Positions 35,530 to 46,132 of a stretch of DNA of 58,691 bases are shown piece after piece; the first letter of the stretch is position 1; each line of letters starts with the position of its first letter. The stretch is from Chloroflexota bacterium (GTDB taxonomy: Bacteria; Chloroflexota; Dehalococcoidia; JACQUD01). The translations under genes were made by a program, and so were the position numbers. Under the pieces are notes generated by a model that saw nothing but the letters and a program-made list of their open reading frames with translations, searched no databases and was not told where the DNA came from. Location of the stretch: the NCBI GenBank assembly GCA_016210485.1, contig JACQUD010000061.1, forward strand, positions 1 to 58,691, given 5' to 3'.

Positions 35530-36840
35530 GTGCCATTGTCCCCAAAGAAGCCTGCCGGTAGAGGCCGAACTGGCCCTCTGCCCTCAGCGGTACGGCGCCA
35601 GGCCCGGTGGCAGAGAGAGCGTCGCGGGCAGCGCATCATCATCTCCCTGGGTGCCATAGGGATTGCTCTGGTCTTGGCTCTCACCGCCGTTGGCATATAT
35701 TCGGCACGCGTCGCCCCACAGCGGGAGGTGGCGGTGCGGGTGGGGGATGTGACCTTCAACATGAGCTACTTCGCCACTATGCTGAAGCGCTTGTCCAAAG
35801 AGACCACGGACACCCCGGAACAAATAGCTAATAGTTTGCCCGATGCCATAATCAACCAGGAGCTAGTCCGCCAGGAGGGCATCCGACTGGGGCTGATGCC
35901 CTCCCCGGAAGAGGTGGAGGCCGAGATTCGAAGTCGGGTGCTTAAGCTCCACCCTGAAGCGGAGGGGGATGAGGAGCAGGTAAAGCAGGGATACAAAGCG
36001 CTTCTCAAGGACAGCGGCGTCTCAGATAGCCAGTATCGGACGGAGGTTGCTGTCTTCCTGATCAAGCCTCGCCTGATGGACTACCTCTGGAATCAGTCCG
36101 GCCTCAGCCATGTCCAGCCCCACGTCCATCTCCGAGCCATCGTCCTGGACACCCCGGAAAAGGTGGCCCAAGTTGAGGCTCGTTTGGGGGTCGGGGAGGA
36201 CTTCGTCGCTCTGGCTCAGGAGATGTCTCTGGATGAGGCCTCCAAAGGGCAGGGTGGAGACATGGGATGGATACCCAAGGGAGGCCGTCCCCTGCGGGCA
36301 CTGGCGCAGGTGCACCTGCGCCTCCTTCTCCTGGACTCGGAGGAGGCAGCCAAGGCGGCTCAGGCCCGCTTGGCCGGCGGGGAGGACTTCGTGGCCTTGG
36401 TTCGGGAGCTGTCCAAGGATGAAACTACCAAAGCCAAGGACGGAGATCTGGGCTGGCTGCTCCGAGATTATCTCAGGCCTGAGCTGTCAGCAACAGCCGA
36501 CCTGGAGCCGGGCCAGACCAGCCAGCCCATTTCCACTACCGGCGGCTATGCTCTATTTCAGATGGTGGGCAAAGCCCCCGGCGGCCAGATATTCGATGAG
36601 ATAGCTCTCCAGATGGAGCCGGGGCAGGTAAGCCCGCCCCTCTTCGGTGTGGATGGGCATTTCTACTTTTTACAGGTGTTGGGTCAGGAGGACCGCGAGG
36701 TGGCGCCGGAGTATGTGCCTGTGCTCCAGGAGCAGCTTCTGGCCGAGTGGCTTTCAGAGCAACGGCAACCTGAGGTAAACTTGGTGCAGAACTTTCTGGA
36801 CGAGAAGAAGATAAGCTGGGCTCTGGCCCAAGTGGAGTGA
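35530..36840 (+). CDS. Membrane-anchored SurA/PrsA-like peptidyl-prolyl isomerase (parvulin type) with an internal partial duplication
   Basis: 436 aa with one N-terminal TM helix. The parvulin signatures 'GGDMGWIPKG' and 'DGDLGWLLRD' are both present. Confidence 0.8.
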   Translation: MPLSPKKPAGRGRTGPLPSAVRRQARWQRERRGQRIIISLGAIGIALVLALTAVGIYSARVAPQREVAVRVGDVTFNMSYFATMLKRLSKETTDTPEQIANSLPDAIINQELVRQEGIRLGLMPSPEEVEAEIRSRVLKLHPEAEGDEEQVKQGYKALLKDSGVSDSQYRTEVAVFLIKPRLMDYLWNQSGLSHVQPHVHLRAIVLDTPEKVAQVEARLGVGEDFVALAQEMSLDEASKGQGGDMGWIPKGGRPLRALAQVHLRLLLLDSEEAAKAAQARLAGGEDFVALVRELSKDETTKAKDGDLGWLLRDYLRPELSATADLEPGQTSQPISTTGGYALFQMVGKAPGGQIFDEIALQMEPGQVSPPLFGVDGHFYFLQVLGQEDREVAPEYVPVLQEQLLAEWLSEQRQPEVNLVQNFLDEKKISWALAQVE

Positions 36841-36850
36841 AGCTAAGTAG

Positions 36851-38134
36851 ATGGAAGCCATAGGAGTGGGCCTTTTGGGCCTGGGAGTAGTAGGCGGAGG
36901 GGTAGCCCAGGTCCTCCGGGAACGCCGTGAGGCCATCACCGCTCTCATCGGGACGCCCGTGGTCCTGCGCCACGCCCTCGTCCGGCACCGGGAGAAGCCT
37001 CGCGTGCTCTCTCCAGACCTCCTCACCACCCAACCTAAGGACATCCTGTACGACCCCCAGGTGCACATCGTGGTGGAGGTCATGGGTGGAGAGCTCCCGG
37101 CCCTGAACTATATCCGCCAGGCCCTGGAGGCGGGGAAATACGTTGTTACCGCCAACAAAGAGGTCATGGCCAAGCACGGGCCGGAGCTCCTGGCCCTGGC
37201 CCGGGAGCGTGGGGTGGACATCCGCTACGAGGCCAGCGTGGGTGGCGGCATCCCCCTGATAACACCCTTTCGCCAGGACTTCTTAGCCAACCACATAGCT
37301 GCTATCTACGCCATCATAAACGGCACCACCAACTTCATCCTCACCCGTATGGCCCAGGAGGGCCAGGACTTCGCCTCGGCCCTGTCCCAGGCCCAGAAGC
37401 TGGGCTACGCTGAGGCCGACCCTTCCAACGACATCGAGGGCATCGACGCTGCCTATAAGCTGGCTATCCTGGCCACCCTGGCCTTCCACACCCGGGTCCG
37501 ACCCCAGGACGTGCATCGCGAGGGCATCTCCCACCTCTCGGCCAGAGACTTCCGCTACGCCCGAGAGTTGGGCTACACCATCAAACTCTTGGCCATCGGC
37601 AGGGCGGAGGAGGAGGGGGTGCAGGTGCGGGTCCATCCTACCTTCCTTCCCCAAGATAGGCTCCTGGCCAAGGTGGATGGAGTCTTCAACGCCGTCCAGG
37701 TGGAGGGGGACCTGACGGGTCCTGTGCTCTTCTACGGGCAGGGGGCGGGCTCCCAACCCACCTCCAGCGCCGTGGTGGCCGACATCATAAACCTGGCCCA
37801 GGACCTGGCATTCGGGCCTCGCCGCCGCCCCCCCCTGCTTCTAGAGCCGCCGATCCCTTTGAAGCCCATGGCTCAGCTCCGTACTCGCTACTATCTTAGA
37901 ATGAGCGTGGCCGACCGGCCCGGGGTGCTGGCTCAGATCGCCCGAGTGCTGGGGGACAATCAAATCAGTATTGCCTCTGTTATCCAGAAAGAGGTGGACG
38001 AGGCGGCGCAGACGGCGGAGATAGTTATTATGACTCACCTGGCCCTAGAAGAAGCCATGCAGCGTGCCCTGGCGGAGATGGCCCGGCTGCCCAAGGTGGC
38101 CGAGGTCAGCAATTTCGTCCGTGTGGAGGGCTGA
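36851..38134 (+). CDS. hom: Homoserine dehydrogenase
   Basis: 427 aa. 'VGLLGLGVVGGGV', 'ANKE' and a C-terminal ACT domain are present. Confidence 0.9.
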   Translation: MEAIGVGLLGLGVVGGGVAQVLRERREAITALIGTPVVLRHALVRHREKPRVLSPDLLTTQPKDILYDPQVHIVVEVMGGELPALNYIRQALEAGKYVVTANKEVMAKHGPELLALARERGVDIRYEASVGGGIPLITPFRQDFLANHIAAIYAIINGTTNFILTRMAQEGQDFASALSQAQKLGYAEADPSNDIEGIDAAYKLAILATLAFHTRVRPQDVHREGISHLSARDFRYARELGYTIKLLAIGRAEEEGVQVRVHPTFLPQDRLLAKVDGVFNAVQVEGDLTGPVLFYGQGAGSQPTSSAVVADIINLAQDLAFGPRRRPPLLLEPPIPLKPMAQLRTRYYLRMSVADRPGVLAQIARVLGDNQISIASVIQKEVDEAAQTAEIVIMTHLALEEAMQRALAEMARLPKVAEVSNFVRVEG

Positions 38135-38135
38135 G

Positions 38136-39191
38136 ATGCCCAGGCCCCGCCTGCTGGAGCGCTACCGCGACCTCCTCCCCGTGACCCCTCACACCCCCAT
38201 CTTCTCCCTGGGTGAGGGCGATACCCCCCTGGTCCGCTCCCACCGGCTGGAGAAAGAGGTCGGGTGTGGGGAGCTCTACTTCAAGACGGAGGGATGTAAC
38301 CCCACCGGATCCTTCAAAGACAGGGGCATGGTGGTGGCCGTGGCCAAGGCACTGGAGGCGGGCACACGGGCACTGGTTTGCGCCTCTACAGGCAACACCT
38401 CGGCCTCGGCTGCCGCCTATGGTGCTAATCGAGGCGTGAAGGTGGTGGTGCTAGTGCCCCGAGGCAACATCGCCCTGGCCAAGCTGGCCCAGGCCCTGGG
38501 CATGGGCGCCCAGGTCATGCCAGTGGAGGGAAACTTCGACCAGGCCCTGGAAATAGTGCGCGCCCTGGCCAAGCGTCACCCCGTCACTCTGGTCAACTCC
38601 ATCAACCCGCACCGCATCCAGGGACAGATGACCGCTGCCTACGAGGTCGTGGATGAGTTGGGTGATGCTCCAGACTACCTGTTCATCCCTGTGGGCAATG
38701 CCGGCAACATCACCGCCTACTGGCGGGGCTTCAAAGAGTATCACAAGCGAGGCCAGGCCAAACAGACTCCTAAGATGATGGGCTTCCAGGCCGAGGGGGC
38801 GGCCCCTATCGTCCAGGGGCATGTAGTGGAGAACCCACAGACAGTGGCCTCCGCTATCCGTATTGGCAACCCCGCCTCCTGGCAGGCGGCCCTGGCGGCC
38901 CGGGACGAGTCCGAGGGCACTATTGAGGCCGTCAGCGACCAGGCAATCCTGGAGGCCCACGGCCTCCTGGGAATCTGGGAAGGTATCTTCGGCGAGACTG
39001 CCTCGGCGGCCTCCGTAGCTGGACTCCTCAAGCTGGTTCATGCCGGCCTGGACCTCTCCGGCAAACGAGTGGTGTGTGTCATCACTGGCTCTGGGCTAAA
39101 GGACTCGGAGGTGACACTGGATCGCACGGGGGAGCTGCCCCGCTACCCGCTCCAGGTGACCGCTATCGAGGCTGCCCTTGGCTGGGCCTAA
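38136..39191 (+). CDS. thrC: Threonine synthase
   Basis: ORF track starts at 38064. I trimmed it to the ATG at 38136, 1 nt after the hom stop. 'NPTGSFKDRG' contains the PLP Lys. Confidence 0.9.
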   Translation: MPRPRLLERYRDLLPVTPHTPIFSLGEGDTPLVRSHRLEKEVGCGELYFKTEGCNPTGSFKDRGMVVAVAKALEAGTRALVCASTGNTSASAAAYGANRGVKVVVLVPRGNIALAKLAQALGMGAQVMPVEGNFDQALEIVRALAKRHPVTLVNSINPHRIQGQMTAAYEVVDELGDAPDYLFIPVGNAGNITAYWRGFKEYHKRGQAKQTPKMMGFQAEGAAPIVQGHVVENPQTVASAIRIGNPASWQAALAARDESEGTIEAVSDQAILEAHGLLGIWEGIFGETASAASVAGLLKLVHAGLDLSGKRVVCVITGSGLKDSEVTLDRTGELPRYPLQVTAIEAALGWA

Positions 39192-40197
39192 CCCCCTTCC
39201 CCTGTCCACACCCGCTACGGGCTACCCCGTTGCCGAGGAGACCTTCGATGCTCTGGAGATAGAGTGGCTGGAGCTCCTGTCTCAGGCCATCGTCAACACC
39301 CCCTTCTCCTTGCCTCTGTGGAAGAAGTTGTGGTGGCAGGCCTTTGGAGGGGGGCGAGAGCTGTTGCTCCTTTCAGTGCGGGAAGGGGGGAAGCTAGTGG
39401 GCGTAGCCCCCCTCCTTCGGGAGGGTGGTCGGGCCCAGTTTCTGGGGGACACCCGGACTGCCGATTACTCCGATTTCGTAGTGGCTCGGGGGCACGAGGG
39501 CCTTTTCTACCACTCCCTCTTAGACTACCTAGAGGCAAAGAATATAGCCAGCTTATATTTGGAGTCGGTGCCCAGTACCTCTCCAACTCTGACTGAGCTC
39601 CTGGGGCAAGCCAAGCTGCGGGGCTATACAGTGAGCGCTGATGTGGAGGATGTCTGCCCCAGGATAGAGCTTCCCGCCACCTGGGATGATTATCTCTCCT
39701 TTCTATCCAAGAAGGACCGCCATGAGCTGCGGCGAAAGATCCGCCGCCTGCTGGACCGCCGCCAGGTCAGGTGGTATGGCCTGGAGTGCTCCCAGATCCG
39801 GGACAATGATCTGGACGACTTTTTCCGCCTCTTTCGTCTGAGCCGAGACGAGAAGGCGCGGTTCCTGGACGCGGAGATGGAGAAGTTCTTTCGGGAGATG
39901 GCGGCGGCTATGGTCTCGGCCAGTCACCTCCGCCTTTTTTTCATGGAGCTGGAGGGGACCAGGATGGCCACGTCTCTGTGCTTCGATTATAGGGGCGAGC
40001 TGCTTCTCTACAATAGTGGCTTCGACCCGGCCTACGGCCCGCTCAGCGTGGGCCTTCTGCTCAAGGCTTTTTGCATCAAGGAGGCCATTGAAGCTGGCAG
40101 GAAGGCCTTCGACTTCCTCCGGGGAAGCGAGGCATATAAGTATGACCTGGGGGGCCAGGACCGGGCCATCCACCGCTGCATCATCGAGAGGGGTTGA
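39178..40197 (+). CDS. CelD/BioF2-like GNAT acetyltransferase (Acetyltransf_6 type)
   Basis: 339 aa. The motif 'FDFLRGSEAYKYDLG' is characteristic of the family. The TTG start overlaps the end of thrC. Confidence 0.7.
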   Translation: MAGPNPLPLSTPATGYPVAEETFDALEIEWLELLSQAIVNTPFSLPLWKKLWWQAFGGGRELLLLSVREGGKLVGVAPLLREGGRAQFLGDTRTADYSDFVVARGHEGLFYHSLLDYLEAKNIASLYLESVPSTSPTLTELLGQAKLRGYTVSADVEDVCPRIELPATWDDYLSFLSKKDRHELRRKIRRLLDRRQVRWYGLECSQIRDNDLDDFFRLFRLSRDEKARFLDAEMEKFFREMAAAMVSASHLRLFFMELEGTRMATSLCFDYRGELLLYNSGFDPAYGPLSVGLLLKAFCIKEAIEAGRKAFDFLRGSEAYKYDLGGQDRAIHRCIIERG

Positions 40198-40217
40198 CCT
40201 CCCACAGCTTCCCTGAA

Positions 40218-41417
40218 ATGCGCATTGCCATGCTCTGTCTCCACGGATGTCCCCTGGTCACCCCGGGGCAGCGGGAGGCGGGGGGAATGCAGGTCTATGT
40301 CAGGGAGCTCTCCCTGGCCCTGGGCCGCCTGGGTGTCGAGGTGGACATTTTCACCGTGGAGCATCCCCCTCATCCCATCGGCGCTCAGCCGTTGGGGCCA
40401 GGCGTCAGGGTCATCCACTTGGAGAGCGTTTCAGATATTCCAGGCTTAAGCTTGGGGTATCCGAAGCCTATCACTGACTCCCTCCTGCGTTTCCAGGAGA
40501 TGGAGGGCTCCCCTTATCACTTAGTGCACAGCCACTACTGGCTCTCCGCCCAGGTGGGGGGCGAGGTCGCCCGGCGCTGGGGGGTGCCCCACGCGGTCAT
40601 GTTCCACACCCTGGCCCTGGTGAAGATGGGGGCCGGGGCCGGGCCGGAGCCTGCTGAACGCGTGGAAGCCGAGAGACAGGCCATATCTCAGGTCCAGGCC
40701 ATAATGGCCGCCACTGGGGAAGAGAAGAAGCTTCTGACTCGCCTCTACGGCGCCGACCCGGCCCGGGTGCGGGTGATCCCCTGCGGCCTGGACCTGGAGC
40801 TATTCCAGCCCGTAGATAAGATCAAGGCCCGCCAAAGGCTGAGGTTGCCCCCGGGGCGCATCGTCCTCTTCGCCGGGCGGCCCGACCCCATAAAACGCCT
40901 CGACCTGGCTCTGAGGGCCGTAAGTTATCTGGTCCGCCGACAAGGGATAAAAGAGCTGAGCTTTATTGTGGTGGGGGGGGAGCCAGCGAGCACTCAGGTG
41001 AAAGACCTTCAAGCCCTGGCCCGAAACCTGCGCCTGGGCGGTAGAATTCACTTCCGCCAGGCTTGCCCCAGGGAGAGAATGCCTCTCTACTACAGCGCTG
41101 CCGACATCTTCCTCATCCCCTCCCTCTACGAGAGCTTCAGCTTGGCCACTGCCGAGGCCCTGGCCTGCGGCACCCCTGTGGTGGCCACCAGGGCTGGCGG
41201 GCTCAAAACCCTGGTGAAGCACCGGAGAAACGGCCTGCTGGTATCGGGGGGCACACCTCGCAGCTTCGCCCGGGCGCTGGGGCGGGTCATGAGGGACAAG
41301 GCCCTGTCCCGGCGCCTTTCGGAGGCTGCCAGGAGCTCTGTCCAGGCTCTGGACTGGGGGCTGGTGGCAGGAAGAGTGCTGGAGGTATATCGGTGGCTCA
41401 TAGCCCAGGCGAGATAG
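40218..41417 (+). CDS. Family 4 glycosyltransferase (MshA-like)
   Basis: The ORF is open from a TTG at 40194, which overlaps the upstream stop. 'MRIAMLCLHGCP' is the usual N-terminus of this family. 'E..SLATAEALACGTPVVAT' is the GT4 EX7E region. Confidence 0.85.
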   Translation: MRIAMLCLHGCPLVTPGQREAGGMQVYVRELSLALGRLGVEVDIFTVEHPPHPIGAQPLGPGVRVIHLESVSDIPGLSLGYPKPITDSLLRFQEMEGSPYHLVHSHYWLSAQVGGEVARRWGVPHAVMFHTLALVKMGAGAGPEPAERVEAERQAISQVQAIMAATGEEKKLLTRLYGADPARVRVIPCGLDLELFQPVDKIKARQRLRLPPGRIVLFAGRPDPIKRLDLALRAVSYLVRRQGIKELSFIVVGGEPASTQVKDLQALARNLRLGGRIHFRQACPRERMPLYYSAADIFLIPSLYESFSLATAEALACGTPVVATRAGGLKTLVKHRRNGLLVSGGTPRSFARALGRVMRDKALSRRLSEAARSSVQALDWGLVAGRVLEVYRWLIAQAR

Positions 41418-41526
41418 TCAAAAGGCATTTTCCCTGCCCCTCCACCCCAGGGTGCTGCTACCTAACCAATGGCCTGCCCCCGTCGTTATATAGGATGAAG
41501 ACAGGGAAACCAAAAGGAGGAACACC

Positions 41527-42615
41527 ATGAAGAAACTTATCATCGTCCTGGTTGCCATAGTTGTGCTGGGCCTAGCGGGCTTTATACTCCCTGCGGCCGC
41601 CCAGGAAGGAACTCCAACCCCTACTTCTACGCCGACACCCACGCCCTGGCTGGGCCTGGAGGTGGCTGACGTCAATGCAAAGCTAGCTCAAGAGCTGGGC
41701 CTCAACCTGGGGGTCATAGTGCTCAAGGTGGTGGAGGGAGGCCCCGCAGCCCAGGCCGGAATGCTGGCCAAGGATATTATCCTGACGGCGAGCCAGAAGC
41801 CGGTTAACTCTGTGGCCGACCTCCTGGCTATTGTCAAGGCATCCAAGGTGGGCGATGTCTTAGCGCTAACGGGGCGGCGCGGCGATGCCCCCATGACCTG
41901 GAAGGTGACCGTGGGAGAGAAGCCCCAGCCGGAGCCGCAGAGCTTGATTCCAGGTATTCCTGAGCTGGCCGGCATTGCCCGAGGTCAGCTCTTCGGCCAT
42001 ATCCTCGGCGGCCAGATAAATATGACGGACAAAGACGGCAATCCCCTGACCATCCAACTTCTGGCTGGAACGGTGGCAGCTCTGGCCGAGGGGTCGGTGA
42101 CGGTCAAACCCAACGACGGCTCCGCCAATGTAACCTACAACACCAACGAAGTCAAGGTCATCGGCAAGCTAGAGGTCGGGGCGCCAGTGGTGGTAGTCTC
42201 TGTGAACAACCAACCTCGCCTCATCGCCAGGGCAGGGGCCCGGCGACTCCTTCAGGAGCTTAATCAATCCGTCCCCAAGCCCGCCCTCCATTCTCTGAGG
42301 GGCGAGGTCAAGGAGGTCAGCGCCCAAGGCATTACTCTTGTCTATGGTGACAAAGAGGTGAAGGTGGTCTTCTCTCAGGACTTGAAGGTTCGCCCGGATA
42401 AGGCTCAGCTCGTGGCGGGTGCCAAGGTGATGGTTGTGGGCCAGAAACAGGAGGAAGGAACGCTCCTCGCCTCCCAGATAGTGGTGCTGCCTCAAAAGAT
42501 AGCTCCCAAGGCGTTAATGGACAAAGTGAATCGCTTGCGGACGAAGTTGCAGCAAGGGCGGAGCTTTACTCCTCACCCCTCCCAGCCTACACCATTGAGA
42601 CTTCCCCAGACGTAG
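41527..42615 (+). CDS. Secreted PDZ-domain protein
   Basis: 362 aa with a signal peptide and a TPTPTSTPTPTP linker. 'GVIVLKVVEGGPAAQAGMLAKDIIL' is the PDZ core. Confidence 0.75.
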   Translation: MKKLIIVLVAIVVLGLAGFILPAAAQEGTPTPTSTPTPTPWLGLEVADVNAKLAQELGLNLGVIVLKVVEGGPAAQAGMLAKDIILTASQKPVNSVADLLAIVKASKVGDVLALTGRRGDAPMTWKVTVGEKPQPEPQSLIPGIPELAGIARGQLFGHILGGQINMTDKDGNPLTIQLLAGTVAALAEGSVTVKPNDGSANVTYNTNEVKVIGKLEVGAPVVVVSVNNQPRLIARAGARRLLQELNQSVPKPALHSLRGEVKEVSAQGITLVYGDKEVKVVFSQDLKVRPDKAQLVAGAKVMVVGQKQEEGTLLASQIVVLPQKIAPKALMDKVNRLRTKLQQGRSFTPHPSQPTPLRLPQT

Positions 42616-42638
42616 CTATCTAGGTTTTGAACATTTAC

Positions 42639-42680
42639 AGGGCTGGCCCAAAGCGAGGCGCCGGGCCAGCCCTAGTTTTT
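42639..42680 (+). terminator. Intrinsic terminator between convergent genes
   Basis: The 11-bp stem AGGGCTGGCCC / GGGCCAGCCCT is followed by AGTTTTT. Confidence 0.65.
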
Positions 42681-42691
42681 GATATCGAGCA

Positions 42692-44275
42692 TCATCTCTG
42701 GCCCTCTCTTCGCAACAGCCAGTACTCCAGGCTGTCGGAGAGGGCAACCCAGCTTGCCTCTATGATGTTGGCCGAGCAGCCCACTGTATGCCACTCCTCC
42801 ACGCCATCGGTGGACTCGATGAGCACCCGGACTTGGGAGCCTGTCCCCCCCACTTCGTCAATAATGCGGACCTTGTAGTCGGTGAGGCGGACGGCGGCCA
42901 GGCTGGGGTAGAACGTCAGCAATGCCTGGCGCAGAGCGGCATCCAGGGCATTCACCGGGCCGACCCCCTCAGCCACGGTGTGCCTCACCTCATCCCCTAC
43001 CCGCACTTTCACCGTGGCCTCGGTGAGCATCTCCTCCTCGTTATCGTCGGTTGGGGGTCGGCGGTGCTTCTCCACCAGCACCAGAAAGTCCACCAGATGA
43101 AATGGGGGCTGATAGTTTGGGCTGGCGCGGCGCAATAGAAGCTCGAAGGAGGCCTCGGCCCCCTCGAAATGATAGCCCTCGCTCTCCAGGCGTTTGATCT
43201 TCTCGGCCACGCCCCGTGCCTGCTCCGAGTTCAGCTCCAGCCCTAGCTCCCGAGCTTTATACAGGATGTTGCTCCGTCCGGAGAGCTCCGAGACCAGCAC
43301 CCGCTGCCAGTTCCCCACCGTCTCGGGGTCTATGTGCTGATAGCTCTCCTCCACTTTCATGAGGCCAGAGACATGGAAGCCGCCCTTATGGCCGAAGGCG
43401 CTGGAGCCGACGTAGGGGAGGTGGGCATCAGGTATGAGGTTGGCCACCTCGGCGACGAAATGGGAGACCTCGGTGAGCTTGCCTAGCTGCTCCGAGGAGA
43501 GGCAAGCGATGCCCATCTTGAGCTGAAGGTTGGCGATAACGGAGGCGAGGTTGGCATTGCCGCAGCGCTCCCCGTAGCCGTTGATGGTGCCCTGGACCTG
43601 GGTGGCCCCGGCCCGCACCGCAGCCAGGGTATTGGCCACAGCCAGCTCGGAGTCGTTGTGGGCGTGGATGCCCAAGGGGACTTTAGCCGCCTTGGACGCC
43701 TCTATGCCGACCACCACCTCCGTAGGGAGGGCGCCGCCGTTGGTGTCACACAGAATGACAGCGTCGGCCCCGGCCTTGGCCGCGGCGGCCACCGTCTTCA
43801 GGGCATACTCTTTGTTCGCCTTGAAACCGTCGAAGTAGTGCTCGGCATCGAAGAAGACGGCCAGGCCCCTGGCCTTGAGGAAGGCTACGGAGTCGGCAAT
43901 CATAGCCAGGTTTTCCTCCAGGGTGGTCTCCAGGACCTGGAGGACGTGGAGGTCCCAGGACTTGCCCACGATGGTGGCCACTGCCGTCCCCGACTCCACT
44001 ATGGCCTGGAGGTTGGGGTCGTCCTGGGCCTTGATGCCTGGGCGGCGGGTGGAGCCGAAGGCGGCCAATTTAGCGTGCTTCAGCTTGAGCGTGCGCGCCT
44101 CGGCGAAGAACTCGATGTCCTTGGGGTTGGAGCCGGGCCAGCCGCCCTCTATATAGTGGATGCCCAGCTCGTCCAGCTTCTGGGCGATGAGGAGCTTGTC
44201 CTTGACGGAGAAGGAGATGCCCTCTCGCTGGGCACCGTCCCGGAGGGTGGTGTCATAAAGGTAGATGCCAGACAT
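42692..44275 (-). CDS. cimA: (R)-citramalate synthase (LeuA-related, CimA type)
   Basis: 527 aa. '[23 protein letters not shown]...[12 protein letters not shown]'. Confidence 0.8.
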   Translation of the reverse strand: MSGIYLYDTTLRDGAQREGISFSVKDKLLIAQKLDELGIHYIEGGWPGSNPKDIEFFAEARTLKLKHAKLAAFGSTRRPGIKAQDDPNLQAIVESGTAVATIVGKSWDLHVLQVLETTLEENLAMIADSVAFLKARGLAVFFDAEHYFDGFKANKEYALKTVAAAAKAGADAVILCDTNGGALPTEVVVGIEASKAAKVPLGIHAHNDSELAVANTLAAVRAGATQVQGTINGYGERCGNANLASVIANLQLKMGIACLSSEQLGKLTEVSHFVAEVANLIPDAHLPYVGSSAFGHKGGFHVSGLMKVEESYQHIDPETVGNWQRVLVSELSGRSNILYKARELGLELNSEQARGVAEKIKRLESEGYHFEGAEASFELLLRRASPNYQPPFHLVDFLVLVEKHRRPPTDDNEEEMLTEATVKVRVGDEVRHTVAEGVGPVNALDAALRQALLTFYPSLAAVRLTDYKVRIIDEVGGTGSQVRVLIESTDGVEEWHTVGCSANIIEASWVALSDSLEYWLLRREGQR

Positions 44276-44282
44276 GGACGTT

Positions 44283-45374
44283 TTATATCCGCCCCGCCAC
44301 CAGGTCCCCCATCTCTCTCGTCCCCACAGACGTTTTCCCCGGCTCCACTATGTCATAGGTGCGGTGTCCAGCCTCCAGCACTCCCAGGACCGCCTTCTCC
44401 ACCGCCCTCGCCTCGGCCTCTAGGCCCAGGGAGTAGCGCAGCATCATAGCCCCAGAGAGGATGGTGGCGATGGGGTTAGCCAGGTTCTGGCCGGCCCGTC
44501 TAGGGGCCGAGCCGTGGATGGGCTCGTAGAGGCCAAAGGAGGCCCCGGAGGATAGACCCCCGGAGAGGCTGGCCGAGGGCAACATCCCCATGGAGCCCGC
44601 CAGCATAGAGGCCTCGTCAGTGAGGATGTCTCCGAAGGTATTCTCGGTGACTACTACGTCCAGGTCAGCGGGCCGCTGAATGAGGCGCATGGCGCAGGAG
44701 TCCACCAGCATGTGCTCCAGCTCCACATCGGGATACCGAGGGGCCATCTCTATGGCCACCTGACGCCATAGGCGGGAGGACTCCAGGACATTGGCCTTAT
44801 CCACGGAGGTCAGCTTCTTGCGACGGCTCCGGGCCAGCTCGAAGCCGACCTGCAAGATACGCTCTATCTCCTGCTCCGAGTAGGCCAGGGTGTCCACGGC
44901 CCGGCGGCCCCGGGTGGTGCGCCACTGGCGCTTGGGCTTGCCGAAGTAGAGGCCTCCTGTGAGCTCCCGAACCACTACCAGGTCAACCCCCGTCACTATC
45001 CCAGGCTTGAAGTTGGTGGAGTCCACCAGCATGGGCAAGACCTTGACCGGGCGCAGGTTGGCAAAGAGGCCCAGGCCTTTCCGCAACCCCAGGAGGCCGT
45101 CCTCGGGGCGGGTCTTGGCTTTGGGGTCGTCCCACTTCGGCCCTCCCACCGCCCCCAGGAGGACGGCATCGCTTTTTTTACAGGTCTTCAGGGTGTCATT
45201 GGGCAGGGGAGTGCCATGGCGGTCTATGGCGATGCCCCCCATATCCCGATAGTGCCAGGCGAACTGGTGGCCGAATTTTTGACCTACCTTGTCCAGCACC
45301 TTTATGGCCTCGGTCATCACCTCGGGGCCGATGCCATCGCCGGACAGGACTGCGATGTTGTAATTCATCCTCAC
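44283..45374 (-). CDS. leuB: 3-isopropylmalate dehydrogenase
   Basis: 363 aa. '[13 protein letters not shown]' and 'NLFGDILSDE'-like '[12 protein letters not shown]'. Confidence 0.9.
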   Translation of the reverse strand: MRMNYNIAVLSGDGIGPEVMTEAIKVLDKVGQKFGHQFAWHYRDMGGIAIDRHGTPLPNDTLKTCKKSDAVLLGAVGGPKWDDPKAKTRPEDGLLGLRKGLGLFANLRPVKVLPMLVDSTNFKPGIVTGVDLVVVRELTGGLYFGKPKRQWRTTRGRRAVDTLAYSEQEIERILQVGFELARSRRKKLTSVDKANVLESSRLWRQVAIEMAPRYPDVELEHMLVDSCAMRLIQRPADLDVVVTENTFGDILTDEASMLAGSMGMLPSASLSGGLSSGASFGLYEPIHGSAPRRAGQNLANPIATILSGAMMLRYSLGLEAEARAVEKAVLGVLEAGHRTYDIVEPGKTSVGTREMGDLVAGRI

Positions 45375-45528
45375 CCCCTGTGTCCTCCTCTTCCTATAAG
45401 GGAGAGGAGGCGATTAGAAATTCTGGGGGAACCCCCCAGACCCCCAACCGGGAACCTTGGTTCCTCGCGCCCTCCTTGGCCTCGACCAGGCAGTGGAACC
45501 TCCTGGTCACCCCTTTTTCAGTATCGAA

Positions 45529-46038
45529 TCACTGGGCCCTGGGGCCCGTGGCCAGCCTCCTCTTGGTATACTCCACCAGCCCTCCAGCCTGGATAAGCTC
45601 CATCATGAAAGGGGGATAGGGCTTGGCCTTGAAGACCGTGTCCCGGGTCAGGTTCCTTATCTCCCCGCTCTCCAGGTCCACCTCCAAAGTGTCGCCCATT
45701 TGGCAGCCGGATGGAGCATCGTCGGCCTCCAGAATGGGCAGGCCAATGTCGATGGCATTGCGAAAGAAGATGCGAGCGAAGGAGGTGGCCACGATGCAGG
45801 AGATGCCCGCCGCTTTGAGGGCGATGGGGGCGTGCTCCCGGGAGGAGCCGCAGCCGAAATTGGACTCGGCGACGATGATGTCGCCGGGGCGCACCCGCTT
45901 CAAGAAGTCGGCGTCCAGGTCCTCCATACAGTGCTTGGCCAACTCTGCCGGCTCCGAGAACTTGAGGTAGCGAGCCGGGATGATGACGTCAGTATCTACG
46001 TTAGTGCCGTAGCGGTGAACCTTGCCTGTAAGCTTCAT
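45529..46038 (-). CDS. leuD: 3-isopropylmalate dehydratase small subunit
   Basis: 169 aa. 'GTNVDTDVIIPARYL' and 'GCGSSREHA'. Confidence 0.9.
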   Translation of the reverse strand: MKLTGKVHRYGTNVDTDVIIPARYLKFSEPAELAKHCMEDLDADFLKRVRPGDIIVAESNFGCGSSREHAPIALKAAGISCIVATSFARIFFRNAIDIGLPILEADDAPSGCQMGDTLEVDLESGEIRNLTRDTVFKAKPYPPFMMELIQAGGLVEYTKRRLATGPRAQ

Positions 46039-46132
46039 AGGCCTGTCCTTTCTGCAGAAGTATCAGGAGGAATTATACCACGAGCCCGGCAAAGCGATGG
46101 ATTGTAACGGCGGGGTTTTAGCGCTTGAGAGG

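Noticed and set aside
43658-44449. 263-aa + ORF
   Set aside because: It is antisense to cimA and the leuB end, with low-complexity Gly/Leu/Glu/Pro composition.
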